A program made the translations under genes and the position numbers. This document shows positions 30,083 to 40,033 of a stretch of 64,000 bases of DNA, piece by piece (position 1 is the first letter of the stretch; each line of letters opens with the position of its first letter). The DNA comes from an uncultured bacterium (GTDB taxonomy: Bacteria; Verrucomicrobiota; Kiritimatiellia; CAIVKH01), in contig CALGMT010000013.1 in assembly GCA_937958885.1 (NCBI GenBank), positions 14,314 to 78,313 of the forward strand, read 5' to 3'. The notes beneath the pieces are model-generated. The model was not told the origin of the DNA and made no database searches. It saw only the letters and a list, made by a program, of their open reading frames with translations.

Positions 30083-30928
30083 TCAGAGGGTCTCCATGCC
30101 CAGCGAGAATCGGCGTTGAAAGCGCCGGACGAAGCCCGCCTCCTCGATGACGTTTTGTCCCGCGGTGGAGCGGACGAACCGGATAAATTCGGACGCGGCT
30201 TTCGATTCGGTTTTGGCGTTCGTGTAGAAGCGGAGCATCCGCGCGAACGGGTAGAGATTGTCGGACACGGCGAATGGGGTGGGCGCAATGCCGTTGATCG
30301 ATACCGCGCGAACCGGCAGGCCCGCGGCGAACGGCAGCGCGATGAAGCCGATGGCGCGAGGGTCGGTGGCGACCGCCTTTCCAATGTCCGAATAAGTGCC
30401 GTGGCGAATCGCCGTCTCGCTGTAGGGGCGTCGCTCCAGCGCGAGTTCCTGAAACCCGAAATGCGTGCCGGCCGACTCGCCGATGATATGGACGGCGATC
30501 GGCGAGCTGCGCCCGCCAATCGCCTGCCAGTTGTCGATCGCGCCGGTGAAGATATCGCGCACCTGGTGATCCGCGAGATTCTTTACAGGATTGTCCGGAT
30601 GCACAATCACCGCGATGCCGTAGTAGCCGATGGTGTGGGTGCGCAGTTTGATGCCCCGCGAGCGGGCGAGCCGCGCTTCGTCCTCGTTGATGGGACGCGA
30701 GGACGCGGCGATGTCGCATTCGCCGTCCAACAGCGCGAGGATGCCGAATCCGGAGTGCCGGGCCTCCAAGTCGATGCGCCAATCCGGGCGCGTGCGCGTG
30801 AACGCCGAAATCAAGCGCGGACCCAATTCCTCTCCGAAGGTATTGGACCCCTTGATGGAAAGGGTTTCCGCGAACGCGTGCGCGGTCAATGCGCCTGCCG
30901 CGATGATACTGATGAGGGTTGTTTTCAC
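30083..30928 (-). CDS. PstS-like phosphate-binding periplasmic protein
   Basis: Signal peptide; IKGSNT, DIAASSR, VHPDNPV, IFTG.I.NW..IGG, YPFAR.L..YT. Confidence 0.85.
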   Translation of the reverse strand: MKTTLISIIAAGALTAHAFAETLSIKGSNTFGEELGPRLISAFTRTRPDWRIDLEARHSGFGILALLDGECDIAASSRPINEDEARLARSRGIKLRTHTIGYYGIAVIVHPDNPVKNLADHQVRDIFTGAIDNWQAIGGRSSPIAVHIIGESAGTHFGFQELALERRPYSETAIRHGTYSDIGKAVATDPRAIGFIALPFAAGLPVRAVSINGIAPTPFAVSDNLYPFARMLRFYTNAKTESKAASEFIRFVRSTAGQNVIEEAGFVRRFQRRFSLGMETL

Positions 30929-30987
30929 GGGTTGGTTCTCCGCCTGGTGTCGCTACGCCGCCAGTCAACACCCGTTTGCGGCGCGGG

Positions 30988-33726
30988 TCAAGCGGGAGGC
31001 GCGGGCTGGTCGAGCACCTTGCGAATGGTTTTCAGCAGGTTGTCGAGCGGGTAGGGCTTTTGGAGGAAGGGATAGCCGCGCTCGCGGATCACCGGCCAGC
31101 GCGATTTTTCGTCCATGTAGCCGCTGGTCAGCAGAAGCCGCAAGTCCGGCCGCTTGCGGCGCAGCGCGTCGGCCAGTTCAAGGCCCGTCTGGTCCGGTAG
31201 CACAACGTCGGTGAACAAGAGGTCGACCTGGCCGTTGATTTGTTCAAACACCTGCGCCGCTGCTGCCGCGTTTTCCGCAACGATGGGGTGGTAGCCGTAC
31301 TTCCGGAGAGCGGAGACGGTAAAGTCGCGAACGCCCTGCTCGTCCTCCACCAGCAGGATTCGTTCGTATTTCCCGCGCGGCAAGTCGGGCGCCAATTTCG
31401 GTTCTGAATGAGCGTCCGGCGAAACGGATTGCTCGACGCTGACCGGCAGATAGATGCGGAATGTCGTGCCGCGTCCGGGTTCGCTGTAGACGTGAATCAT
31501 GCCTTCGTGTTGCTGCACAATGCCGTACACCACGGAGAGGCCCAGCCCCGTGCCGCGGCCCGGTCCTTTTGTCGTGAAGAACGGCTCAAAAATGCGATCG
31601 CGCACCTCGGGCTTCATGCCCTGTCCTGTGTCCGTCACATCGAGCACGACAAAGCGGCCATGCCGCCGATCGGGCGAAAACAGGTCGTCCTCCTTGAGCA
31701 GGACAATCGAGCTGGTGGCGATCACAAGACGGCCGCCGGCGGGCATCGCATCCCGTGCGTTCACGGCCAGATTGACCAGCACCTGCTCGATTTGGCCCGG
31801 ATCGATGTGCACGGGATCGAGATTGGGCTCCAGCTCCAGCACGAGCTGGATGTCCTCGCCGATGAGCCTGCGCAGCATCTTCTGCGTGCCGTCAACGAGC
31901 GAATTCAAATCGACCGTCCGCGTTTCGATCAGTTGCTTGCGGCTGAAGGCAAGCAGTTGCCGGGTCAAATCGGCGGCGCGCCGCGCCGCTTTGTCGATCT
32001 CCAGCACATCGTCGCGATACGGGTTCTGCGCCTCCATGTGATCGAGCAGCAGGTGGCTGAACCCTGTGATGGCTTGCAGCAGGTTGTTGAAATCGTGTGC
32101 GATTCCGCCGGCGAGGCGTCCGATGGTCTCCATCTTCTGCGATTCGAACATGCGCTGCTGCATCACGCGGCGCTCGGTGATGTCCTGCTTGATCGCGACG
32201 AAGTGCGTCGGCGTGCCGTCCGCGCCCAGCACCGGTGTCACCGTCAGTTCTTCCACATAGATGGAGCCGTCCTTTCGGCGGTTGAACAGCTCGCCGCGCC
32301 AGAGATTGCCCGCGAGCACGGTGTTCCACAGATCGGCGTAAAATGCCGCGTCGTGTCGTCCGGACTTGAGAATGCTCGGCGACTTCCCGACCGCCTCTTC
32401 GAGGGAATAGCCGGTCAATTCCGTGAAGGCCTTGTTGACCCATGTGATGACGCCGGTCCGATCGACCAACATGATGCCGTTGGCGGCCGATTCCAGGGCG
32501 GCGCTTTGCAGGCGGATGAGTTCGTTCGCGCGCCGCTGCTCTGTCACGTCGATAAAATTGACCGCAAATTGGCCCTCGCGCGGCCTGAAGGCGATAACCG
32601 AGAAATATTTCTTCAGTGCACCGGAGTACATTTCGAACGCGACCGGCCTGCCGGTTCGCGTGACTTCGCCATAGCGTCGAATCCACTCCGGTTCGGTCCC
32701 TGGGAAGACCTCGGTCACGCGCTTTCCGATCACTTCGTTCCGCCGTTTGCCGGTCATCGCCGTAAAGGCGGGATTCACATCCAAAAAACGGTAGTCGATC
32801 GGTTCGCCCTTTTCGTCATAGATCATCTCGTGCAGCGCGAATCCGGTGATCAGCGTGTTGAACAACGATTGATAGTGCTGCTCGCTTTCGCGCAGGCGCT
32901 CCTCGGCGAGCTTTCGGGCCGTGATGTCGCTGGCTGCCGTGATGATACGCCGCGTGCCGTCGGGCAGTGTGATCGCGCGCTCGCGGAGCTCGACCCACCG
33001 GGAGGACCCGTCCTTGCGTCGATTCTCGACCTCGTGGGACAGCGTCTGCCCGTCGAGCAGACGTGCGATGTCCTCGCGGATGCGGTCGTGAAAACGCGGG
33101 TCGGCCAATATCTGGATCGGCTGCCCGATGAGCTCCTCGCGCGTGTAGCCCACGATGTCGCAAAGGGACTGGTTGACGTCGAGGATAACGCCTTCGTCCG
33201 ATTCCATCACGATGCCGATCGGCGCCAGCTCGTGCAGGGTGCGGTAGATGCGTTCGCGCTCCGCGGCTGTGCGTTCCTCTTCGATTCGGCGCATGGCGTC
33301 TTCCGCCAACGCCCGCTTGCTGGCGTTCAGTTCCTCAGTGCGATAAGAGACGAGCTTTTCCAGATCGGCGTGCATCTGTTGCAGGCGCGCATGCGCGTGA
33401 TCGAGGGTGGACAGCAGCCCGTTGATTTCGCCCGTCAGTTCCAGAAATTCCGGAGAAACGCCCGGTTCGATCCGCGCCTTGAAATCGGCAAGGGCCCGCG
33501 TTTCTCGGATGGCCTCGCTCAGTCGGCGTACGCGCCGGCCGATCACCGCGTCCATCGTAAAGATGAGGGCGATGCCGCCCAGGGCGCACACGATCGTGAT
33601 CCGGGCCGCCTCGGATAGCGGCGCCCCCCAATCCCAACGGGCTGCGAACACCCCAGCCAATACCAGCGCGCACCAGAGCAGCGCGGCCAGGGCCAGCAGC
33701 CTCGGTCGTGATAGAAAACGGCTCAT
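30988..33726 (-). CDS. Hybrid sensor histidine kinase (TM-HAMP-3xPAS-HisKA-HATPase-REC)
   Basis: AGGIAHDFNNLL, NLAVNARDAM, FFTTK..G.GTGLGL, receiver LLVED...TDVVLP...KP. Confidence 0.93.
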   Translation of the reverse strand: MSRFLSRPRLLALAALLWCALVLAGVFAARWDWGAPLSEAARITIVCALGGIALIFTMDAVIGRRVRRLSEAIRETRALADFKARIEPGVSPEFLELTGEINGLLSTLDHAHARLQQMHADLEKLVSYRTEELNASKRALAEDAMRRIEEERTAAERERIYRTLHELAPIGIVMESDEGVILDVNQSLCDIVGYTREELIGQPIQILADPRFHDRIREDIARLLDGQTLSHEVENRRKDGSSRWVELRERAITLPDGTRRIITAASDITARKLAEERLRESEQHYQSLFNTLITGFALHEMIYDEKGEPIDYRFLDVNPAFTAMTGKRRNEVIGKRVTEVFPGTEPEWIRRYGEVTRTGRPVAFEMYSGALKKYFSVIAFRPREGQFAVNFIDVTEQRRANELIRLQSAALESAANGIMLVDRTGVITWVNKAFTELTGYSLEEAVGKSPSILKSGRHDAAFYADLWNTVLAGNLWRGELFNRRKDGSIYVEELTVTPVLGADGTPTHFVAIKQDITERRVMQQRMFESQKMETIGRLAGGIAHDFNNLLQAITGFSHLLLDHMEAQNPYRDDVLEIDKAARRAADLTRQLLAFSRKQLIETRTVDLNSLVDGTQKMLRRLIGEDIQLVLELEPNLDPVHIDPGQIEQVLVNLAVNARDAMPAGGRLVIATSSIVLLKEDDLFSPDRRHGRFVVLDVTDTGQGMKPEVRDRIFEPFFTTKGPGRGTGLGLSVVYGIVQQHEGMIHVYSEPGRGTTFRIYLPVSVEQSVSPDAHSEPKLAPDLPRGKYERILLVEDEQGVRDFTVSALRKYGYHPIVAENAAAAAQVFEQINGQVDLLFTDVVLPDQTGLELADALRRKRPDLRLLLTSGYMDEKSRWPVIRERGYPFLQKPYPLDNLLKTIRKVLDQPAPPA

Positions 33727-33815
33727 TCTGGAGCCTGTCAGTATAAGAAAAGGGTCGATGCGGGGCGAGCCGGATTTCAACCCCGCACACGATCCGTCGA
33801 CCGCCACCGCGCCGA

Positions 33816-34193
33816 TCAGCGCATTTCCTGCCCGCCGGTCACGTTGATGGCATGGCCGGTCATGTAGCTGGATTGATCGGACGCGAGGAACACCACCCCG
33901 TTGGCGACGTCCTCATACCGGCATCCGCGCCGCATCGGGACCTGGGCGACAAAAAAATCGCGCACGTCGTCCAGCGTCTTCGCGCCGGGCACTTTGCCCG
34001 CGTTGAAGTATTGCACGAACAGGTCGCGCTGCGGGTCGGTCCACAACGGCGAGTCGAGCAGATTGCCCGGACACACCGCGTTCACGCGGATGCCGAGCGG
34101 GGCCATTTCGAGCGCGACGCTCTGCACGAGGCCGATGCCGCCGAACTTGCTCGCCGCATACGCGGAATTCGCCGCGCTGCCTTTCTTGCCCGA
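33816..34193 (-). pseudogene. C-terminal fragment of a sorbitol-6-phosphate dehydrogenase-like SDR (srlD-like)
   Basis: SGKKGSAANSAYAASKFGG (YxxxK), CPGNLLDSPLW, INVTGGQEM. In-frame TGA at 34220-34222 upstream; no Rossmann N-terminus. Confidence 0.8.
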
Positions 34194-34385
34194 CCCGTTC
34201 CGGCGAATGGGATGCCGCCGTCAAAAAGTTCAAAGAAATAAAACAGCGTAGCGCGGGATGGCGCTCTCGTGAGAATCGCGCGCGGACGAGAGAACCGCGC
34301 TGATTCCCGTCTTGGATGGAGTTATTATTCTGCGAGGCGCTGCGCTTGGCGTGAGGGTTGGCCGTACTTGCGCACAGGCTCCTCG

Positions 34386-35360
34386 TCAGTTGTTTTGAGA
34401 GCTAGTCCCCGTGTTGGCGTCCGGCAACAGGTGGGCGTAGAATGGAAAGTCCTCTTCGCGCGAGCCGGTTGGGCGATATTTCCAGCGCTTGTAGCTCCAG
34501 ACCCAGGCCTCGGGGTGCGCGCGGATTAATGCGGATAACTCGTCCGCGATTCTCGCGGTCACTGTTCGCACCACAGCATCCGAACCGTCGCAATCCGATG
34601 GCAGGGGCACTTGAACCATAGGCAGGGTGCGATAGCGGCCGTCGGGTGTAGGCAGCGCGACGCCGATCACGATGGGCGCGCCGGTGCGCAGCGCGAGCAG
34701 CGCGGGCGCAGTGGACATGGTTGCGGGACGGCCGAGGAAATCCACAAAGATCCCGCCTTCGGCGGGTATCGTATTCTGATCCATCACCAACGCGATCTTG
34801 CGTCCGCTGCGCAACGTCTTGAGCAGCTCGCGCACGGCTCCCTTTCGCGGTATAATCCTCTGTCCGGTGACCCGACGCAGATGGACGAACAGCTCGTTCA
34901 CCCGCCGGTTCTTGATCGTCGCCGCAACACTCGCAAGCGGTTCCCCCGTTCGATGGCTTATGGCCATGCCGAGCGCCTCCCAATTGCCCATGTGCGCGGT
35001 CACGCAGATCATGGGACCGGGCTTTAGGACCGGATCGAATGTCGGGTCGAGTTCGACGAGCGATTCGATTTTTTGTGCGGCGTCGCGCGAGAGCCAGAAG
35101 ACATCGAGCATCGAGAGCGCGAAGGTGCAGAGCGATTGTTTGAGAATGCCGCGGCGTTCGGATTCGCTGCTGTCGGCGAGCGCGAGCGCTAGATTCGCCT
35201 GGGCTATGCGGCGAGTGCGCGTGCCGCCGAAGTGATAGGCCGCGCTGCCGAGCGCGCGCGCAAGCCGCATCAGCGTAGGGCGGGAAAGCCGCGGCACAAC
35301 CCGCAGAGCCAGGCGCGCGAGCCACAACTCTGGACCGGCTCTTAACCTTCGGCGGATCAT
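34386..35360 (-). CDS. Second lipid A acyltransferase family protein (LpxL/HtrB-like)
   Basis: HMGNWE, MDQN, GIFVDFLG, WVWSYKRWK. ATG 35360 chosen because the ORF-track start lies inside the tRNA. Confidence 0.88.
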   Translation of the reverse strand: MIRRRLRAGPELWLARLALRVVPRLSRPTLMRLARALGSAAYHFGGTRTRRIAQANLALALADSSESERRGILKQSLCTFALSMLDVFWLSRDAAQKIESLVELDPTFDPVLKPGPMICVTAHMGNWEALGMAISHRTGEPLASVAATIKNRRVNELFVHLRRVTGQRIIPRKGAVRELLKTLRSGRKIALVMDQNTIPAEGGIFVDFLGRPATMSTAPALLALRTGAPIVIGVALPTPDGRYRTLPMVQVPLPSDCDGSDAVVRTVTARIADELSALIRAHPEAWVWSYKRWKYRPTGSREEDFPFYAHLLPDANTGTSSQNN

Positions 35361-35365
35361 GGGAG

Positions 35366-35441
35366 TGGTGAGCCGGGAGGGAATCGAACCCTCGACCACA
35401 AGATTAAAAGTCTCGTGCTCTACCAACTGAGCTACCGGCCC
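35366..35441 (-). tRNA. tRNA-Lys (anticodon TTT), CCA encoded
   Basis: 76-nt cloverleaf GGGCCGGTAGCTCAGTTGGTAGAGCACGAGACTTTTAATCTTGTGGTCGAGGGTTCGATTCCCTCCCGGCTCACCA. Confidence 0.97.
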
Positions 35442-35461
35442 GGAAGCGCATTCGGACTGAA

Positions 35462-35490
35462 AGAGTAGGGGATGCGGGGGCGCTTGTCAA
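35462..35490 (-). promoter_or_regulatory. Sigma70-type promoter for tRNA-Lys
   Basis: TTGACA (35490-35485), 17-bp spacer, TACTCT (35467-35462). Confidence 0.75.
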
Positions 35491-35812
35491 AAATACCCGC
35501 CGGCTTTCTTGACGACTGGAGCAAGACCGATCGGATCATCGGCCTGCATCTCCCTTGCAACGGCGCATCGCGGATGCCGCAGCCTGCGTGGAAATGAAAC
35601 ATCGAAAATGAACTGGCAGGGCGGGGCCTCCGGAACCGCCGAATCAAAACCGACGCGGTGATCGCCGCGCCGTCAGCCTCCGCCTCTCCCGCCCGCACAT
35701 TCGGATTGAATCGCAACACACCTCGGCATTCGCTTGCGGGCGGCGCGCGGTTCGGTATAGTAACGCAATCCTAACATGCAAGGCTCGCGCGGCGCGGGCC
35801 GGAACGAATGAC

Positions 35813-36481
35813 GTGAAGCTCGCAAAAGGTTTTTGGTCCCATACAGGCGTGGTGCTGGCGGCGGGGGGCGGAGTATCCGCCCTTTTTGCTTGGCTCGGCA
35901 TGTCCTTCGCCCTTCAAATCGCGGCGGCCGTGACCGCGGCGCTCGTGCTCTTTCTTGTGTATTTTTTCCGCGATCCGGATCGGCCGTCGCTGGCGGACCC
36001 GGGGGTCGTGGTATCGGGCGCGGACGGCTGGGTCCGTTGCATTGAAGAGATGCCCGAGACTAAATTTCTCAAGACCGACTGTGTGCGGGTCAGCACCTTC
36101 CTGACGCCGTTCGACGTGCACGTCAACCGCGCGCCGATCGCGGGCTCCGTGACCGCGCTCGATTACACTCCGGGCAAGCATTTGCTCACCATCCAACAAG
36201 CGGCCTCAGAATACAACGAACACAGTTCGATTGTAATTGAAGGGCGCCGGACGCGATGTTTGGTCAGGCAGATCGTGGGGCCGATTGTCCGCCGAGTCGT
36301 GTATTGGCTCAAGGAGGGCCAGCCGCTGGAGGCGGGCGAGCGGATCGGGATGATGAAGTTCGGTTCGCGGTTGGATGTGTATCTGCCCGCGGCGGATGTC
36401 GAGGTGCTGGTGAAAAAGGGCGACCGCGTATTCGCAGGCGTGACCGCGATCGCGCGGATCAAGAAGGGACAGGCATCATGA
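35813..36481 (+). CDS. psd: Phosphatidylserine decarboxylase (type II, short)
   Basis: FFRDP, DVHVNRAP, GM.KFGSR autocleavage motif. Confidence 0.93.
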   Translation: MKLAKGFWSHTGVVLAAGGGVSALFAWLGMSFALQIAAAVTAALVLFLVYFFRDPDRPSLADPGVVVSGADGWVRCIEEMPETKFLKTDCVRVSTFLTPFDVHVNRAPIAGSVTALDYTPGKHLLTIQQAASEYNEHSSIVIEGRRTRCLVRQIVGPIVRRVVYWLKEGQPLEAGERIGMMKFGSRLDVYLPAADVEVLVKKGDRVFAGVTAIARIKKGQAS

Positions 36482-37251
36482 TGTGGCGCAAAATCATTCC
36501 GAATCTGCTGACGCTCGGCGCGCTCGCGTGCGCAATGATGAGCCTGATCAAGGCACTGGAAGGAGAGTTTGTCGCCTCGGCCCAGTTCATCATGCTGTGC
36601 CTGGCGCTCGACGGGTTGGACGGCAACGTCGCGCGTTGGTGCCGCGGCTCGACCAAGTTCGGCGCGGAACTGGATACGTTCGTGGATGTGATCGGCTACG
36701 GCGTCGCCCCGGCCATTCTCGCCTATACGCTGGTGATGAAGGATCATGGCCTGTGGGGCTTGGCGTTTGTCTGCTTCACGCCGATGTCCGGCGCGCTGCG
36801 TCTCGCGCGGTTCCGCGTGGTCGATCCCTTCCGCGGCCAGCAGGGCTATCTCGGGTTGCCGATCACCGTGAACGCCGGGTGGGTCGCGATGTTCGTGTTC
36901 ATCACGCAGAGCGGGCTGTTGCGCGAGGACATTTTCACCCTCCAGGGAGGTCCGCTCGCGGCGCTGGTCTGGACCATTTCGACCGTGATGCTCGTCTTGC
37001 AGGTCTCCACGCTGAAGTATGCGAAGCCGACGAAGGCGCCGTTGTTTTTCTTTGCCGGCATCGCGATGGTGTTGATGTTGTTCCTTCAAGCGGAGGTGGC
37101 GCTGGTTTCTGCGTTGGCCATGTGCGCGTACGGCGTCTTTTACGCCTTCGTCAGTCCCTTCCTGCCGCGTCACGCCGCGCTGGTTGAAAAGGCCGCCGTT
37201 GTGCCGGAGACGGAAGAAGAGGAAGATCCAGTTCGTTTCCGCCCTTCGTAA
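36478..37251 (+). CDS. pssA: CDP-diacylglycerol-serine O-phosphatidyltransferase
   Basis: PNLLT, DGLDG.VAR....STKFGAELD...D, LRLARF; coupled to psd. Confidence 0.88.
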   Translation: MMWRKIIPNLLTLGALACAMMSLIKALEGEFVASAQFIMLCLALDGLDGNVARWCRGSTKFGAELDTFVDVIGYGVAPAILAYTLVMKDHGLWGLAFVCFTPMSGALRLARFRVVDPFRGQQGYLGLPITVNAGWVAMFVFITQSGLLREDIFTLQGGPLAALVWTISTVMLVLQVSTLKYAKPTKAPLFFFAGIAMVLMLFLQAEVALVSALAMCAYGVFYAFVSPFLPRHAALVEKAAVVPETEEEEDPVRFRPS

Positions 37252-37266
37252 TCCGGCTTGACCGGA

Positions 37267-38610
37267 TTATCCCGACGCCAGCACAACGCGGCCTTTCGCC
37301 ACGATGCCGGGTCCAAATCGAATGTCGCCCTCCACCGTGAACGATTCGCATTCGATCAGCGACGGCGCACCGGCGGGAAAGCGGGCGGCGAAATCGGGCC
37401 AGAGTTTGTAGAATTTCGGATCGAGCTTGACCGTCGGCGGCGCGCCGTTGCGGCGCGGGTCCAGCGACAGGCGCGCGTCCGCGCCCAGCACGTACGCATC
37501 CGACCAGAGCGCGAGCAGATCGTCCGTTGTTTTGACCGGCGCGAACCGCGTGCGCGGCACATCGAGAGCCGTCGCGCCGGGCAACACAGCCAGCGCCGCG
37601 CCCATCGCGGTTTCGAGTTGCAGCACGGGCGTGGAATTGGGGTCCCGCGGATCGACGGTCTTTCGGTTCACGATCACCGGCAGGTCCGGCGGCCCGCCGG
37701 CTGCCTCCATAAAACGGGCCAGCGCGTCGAGGTCGATCCACAGATTGTTGGTATTGAAATAGCGGTGGCGCGCGATGTCCTGGAACTGCGCCGTCTCCTC
37801 CGGCGGGCACTGCGCGGACTCGCGCAGGAGCAGGCCGCCGTCTTTGCGACGCGCGAGATGTCCGCCCTTGCGATCCGCCGGGGTGCGCGCGGTGACCTCC
37901 ATGAGGAAGGATGCGCCCGTCGCCGCGAGATAGCCGAGGATGTCCGGATCCAGACCCGCGCCGAGATTGTCCGCGTTGGAGACGAACGCGTAGCGGATGC
38001 CCGCCGCGCGCAAGCGTTCCAGCATGCCGGAACCCGCGAGCGCGGCGTAGAGATCGCCGTGTCCCGGCGGGCACCATTCCTTCTCGGGGTCGGCCGGCCA
38101 TTCGACCGGCGCAAGGGTATCCGCCCGCAGCTTGGGAATCCGATTCTGTCGGAACGACAGGGGAACTGCTTGGTCGGCCAGCGCGGGGTAATTTGCGAGG
38201 GCGGCGAGGGTGTCGGCCTCGGTGCTGAAGCTGTTCATCAGCAGGAGCGGCAGGGCGATGCCGTAGGCCTCGCGCAGATGCAGCACCTGCCGCGCGATCA
38301 AATCGAGAAACGTCAGTCCGTTCTTGACCGGCAATAAGGATTTTGCCTTGTCGAGGCCCATGCTGGTTCCGAGGCCGCCGTTGAGCTTGATCACCACCGC
38401 ATGGGCGAGCGCCTCGCGCCCGCGCGCGCGGTGGGCGGCGGCATCGGCCATGCCGGGCAGTGTCGGCACAGGCGTCAGATCAGCCTCGAAGAGTAGTCCG
38501 GACTCGCCGGCGGCCACGCGCGCAAAGGCGCGGCGGAAGGCGGATTCCAGCGCCGGAGATGCGCCGTCGCGCCTCAATTTTTCGATCGCGGTTTCCAGTG
38601 CGGAATTCAT
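37267..38610 (-). CDS. UTP-glucose-1-phosphate uridylyltransferase, UDPGP (UGP1-like) family
   Basis: KLNGGLGTSMG, LMNSF.T, WCPPGHGD, SN.DNLGA, KGG, FNTNN, QLETA.G, RF.PVK. Confidence 0.92.
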   Translation of the reverse strand: MNSALETAIEKLRRDGASPALESAFRRAFARVAAGESGLLFEADLTPVPTLPGMADAAAHRARGREALAHAVVIKLNGGLGTSMGLDKAKSLLPVKNGLTFLDLIARQVLHLREAYGIALPLLLMNSFSTEADTLAALANYPALADQAVPLSFRQNRIPKLRADTLAPVEWPADPEKEWCPPGHGDLYAALAGSGMLERLRAAGIRYAFVSNADNLGAGLDPDILGYLAATGASFLMEVTARTPADRKGGHLARRKDGGLLLRESAQCPPEETAQFQDIARHRYFNTNNLWIDLDALARFMEAAGGPPDLPVIVNRKTVDPRDPNSTPVLQLETAMGAALAVLPGATALDVPRTRFAPVKTTDDLLALWSDAYVLGADARLSLDPRRNGAPPTVKLDPKFYKLWPDFAARFPAGAPSLIECESFTVEGDIRFGPGIVAKGRVVLASG

Positions 38611-38655
38611 GCGCGGAAGATAGACTGCTCAAGCTTCGGGTGTCATGTTTAAGAT

Positions 38656-39348
38656 TTGTTGAAAGGATCTGACCGATCCGACCGATATCGTAGCGTGAAA
38701 TCGACTGAACAAATTCTCGACGACCTCCGGCATCTGGAAGAGGCCCACTACTACAGCGAGGACTTTCAGTGGCTCTCCTCGGTGCGGGCTTATCGCGACG
38801 AATTGAGCGCTGAAGAGCAGGCGGCGCTGGCCTCCGTCATCCTGCAGCGCCTGTTGCGGGACGGCTCCATGACGGACATTTTATTGTGCTCCATTGTGGA
38901 GGTGCCCGGCGCCGGCTCGGTCCTCGCGGCGAAACTCGACCGCGAGTCGACGCCGTCCCAACTGACGCGCGCGCTGATTACTGCGTTGGAGCGCTATCGC
39001 GGGGACGATGTGTTCCGCGCGGTGGCGCGCTTTGTCGATTCCGATCAGGAAAATGAGGCGCTGCGCGCCCTCGCGCGCATCGATTTCATACGCGCGCTCC
39101 CCTTCGTCGCCCGCGCATTACAAAAAGAGCATCAGGCCGACCTCGTCCTGCATATTCTTCACGATCGGGCGAAGTCGAGAGCCGGGCTTGACCTGTTGGC
39201 TGTCGAATTACGCGCATTCGCCTCCGGCTGGAACGATCAAGACCTCCTGCCTCGCATCGTCCGGGCTTTGCACGGCAAGGCGGAGCCCTATAATCCCTTT
39301 TCACCGGCGGAGTTGAAGCGCCTGGAGGACGCCATGACGAGCGGTTAG
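38656..39348 (+). CDS. Hypothetical alpha-helical (HEAT-like) protein
   Basis: Protein-like composition, alone in the gap; start uncertain (alternative GTG 38695). Confidence 0.6.
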   Translation: MLKGSDRSDRYRSVKSTEQILDDLRHLEEAHYYSEDFQWLSSVRAYRDELSAEEQAALASVILQRLLRDGSMTDILLCSIVEVPGAGSVLAAKLDRESTPSQLTRALITALERYRGDDVFRAVARFVDSDQENEALRALARIDFIRALPFVARALQKEHQADLVLHILHDRAKSRAGLDLLAVELRAFASGWNDQDLLPRIVRALHGKAEPYNPFSPAELKRLEDAMTSG

Positions 39349-39430
39349 GCTCGCTACAAGAGGAAGGTTGTTTGATCAAGGGTGAACAGTGTCGGATAAC
39401 GCATGTCAAAGGAAACACAGGAGGAACAAC

Positions 39431-40015
39431 ATGAAGAAATTAATGATCGCAGTATTGGCAGCCGGTCTATCGACCGGCGTTATACAGGCCGCAAATTATA
39501 GCATCGACGTTTCGCACTCGCACATTGGGTTCGCGGTCCGCCACATGGTCGTGACCACAGTCCGCGGCAACTTCAACGAATTCGAGGGTCAGTTCACATA
39601 CGACCCCGAAAATCCCACCGCGTTCACCGCATCGGCGGTGATCAAGACCGAGAGCATCGACACGCGCAACAAGAAGCGCGACGATCACCTGCGCAACGAA
39701 GATTTCTTCGATGCGCCCAACCATCCGGAAATTCGGTTCGAGACGATCTCGTCCGAGATGGTGGACGGCAAACTGCATGTGCGCGGCAACCTGACGATGC
39801 GCGGTGTCACGCGCGAAATCACCCTTCCGCTCACCTTCAGCGAAACCATTACCGACCCGTGGGGCAACGTCCGCATTGGGTTCGAGGGATCCACCACCAT
39901 TAATCGCCAGGATTGGGGCATTTCATGGAGCAAGCAACTAGATACCGGCGGATTGGTAGTGGCAAATAACGTGACGATCGAAGTGAACATCGAGGGAATA
40001 TTGAACAAGGAGTAA
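39431..40015 (+). CDS. YceI family polyisoprenoid-binding protein
   Basis: AGGAGG RBS, signal peptide; HS.IGF.VRH, RDDHLR..DFF, GNLTMRGVT, DPWG, INRQDWG. Confidence 0.95.
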   Translation: MKKLMIAVLAAGLSTGVIQAANYSIDVSHSHIGFAVRHMVVTTVRGNFNEFEGQFTYDPENPTAFTASAVIKTESIDTRNKKRDDHLRNEDFFDAPNHPEIRFETISSEMVDGKLHVRGNLTMRGVTREITLPLTFSETITDPWGNVRIGFEGSTTINRQDWGISWSKQLDTGGLVVANNVTIEVNIEGILNKE

Positions 40016-40033
40016 GCCTCCAAGGCGTTGACC

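Noticed and set aside
33816-35441. Genomic island integrated at tRNA-Lys
   Set aside because: No integrase, and no duplicated tRNA 3' end was seen in the window.
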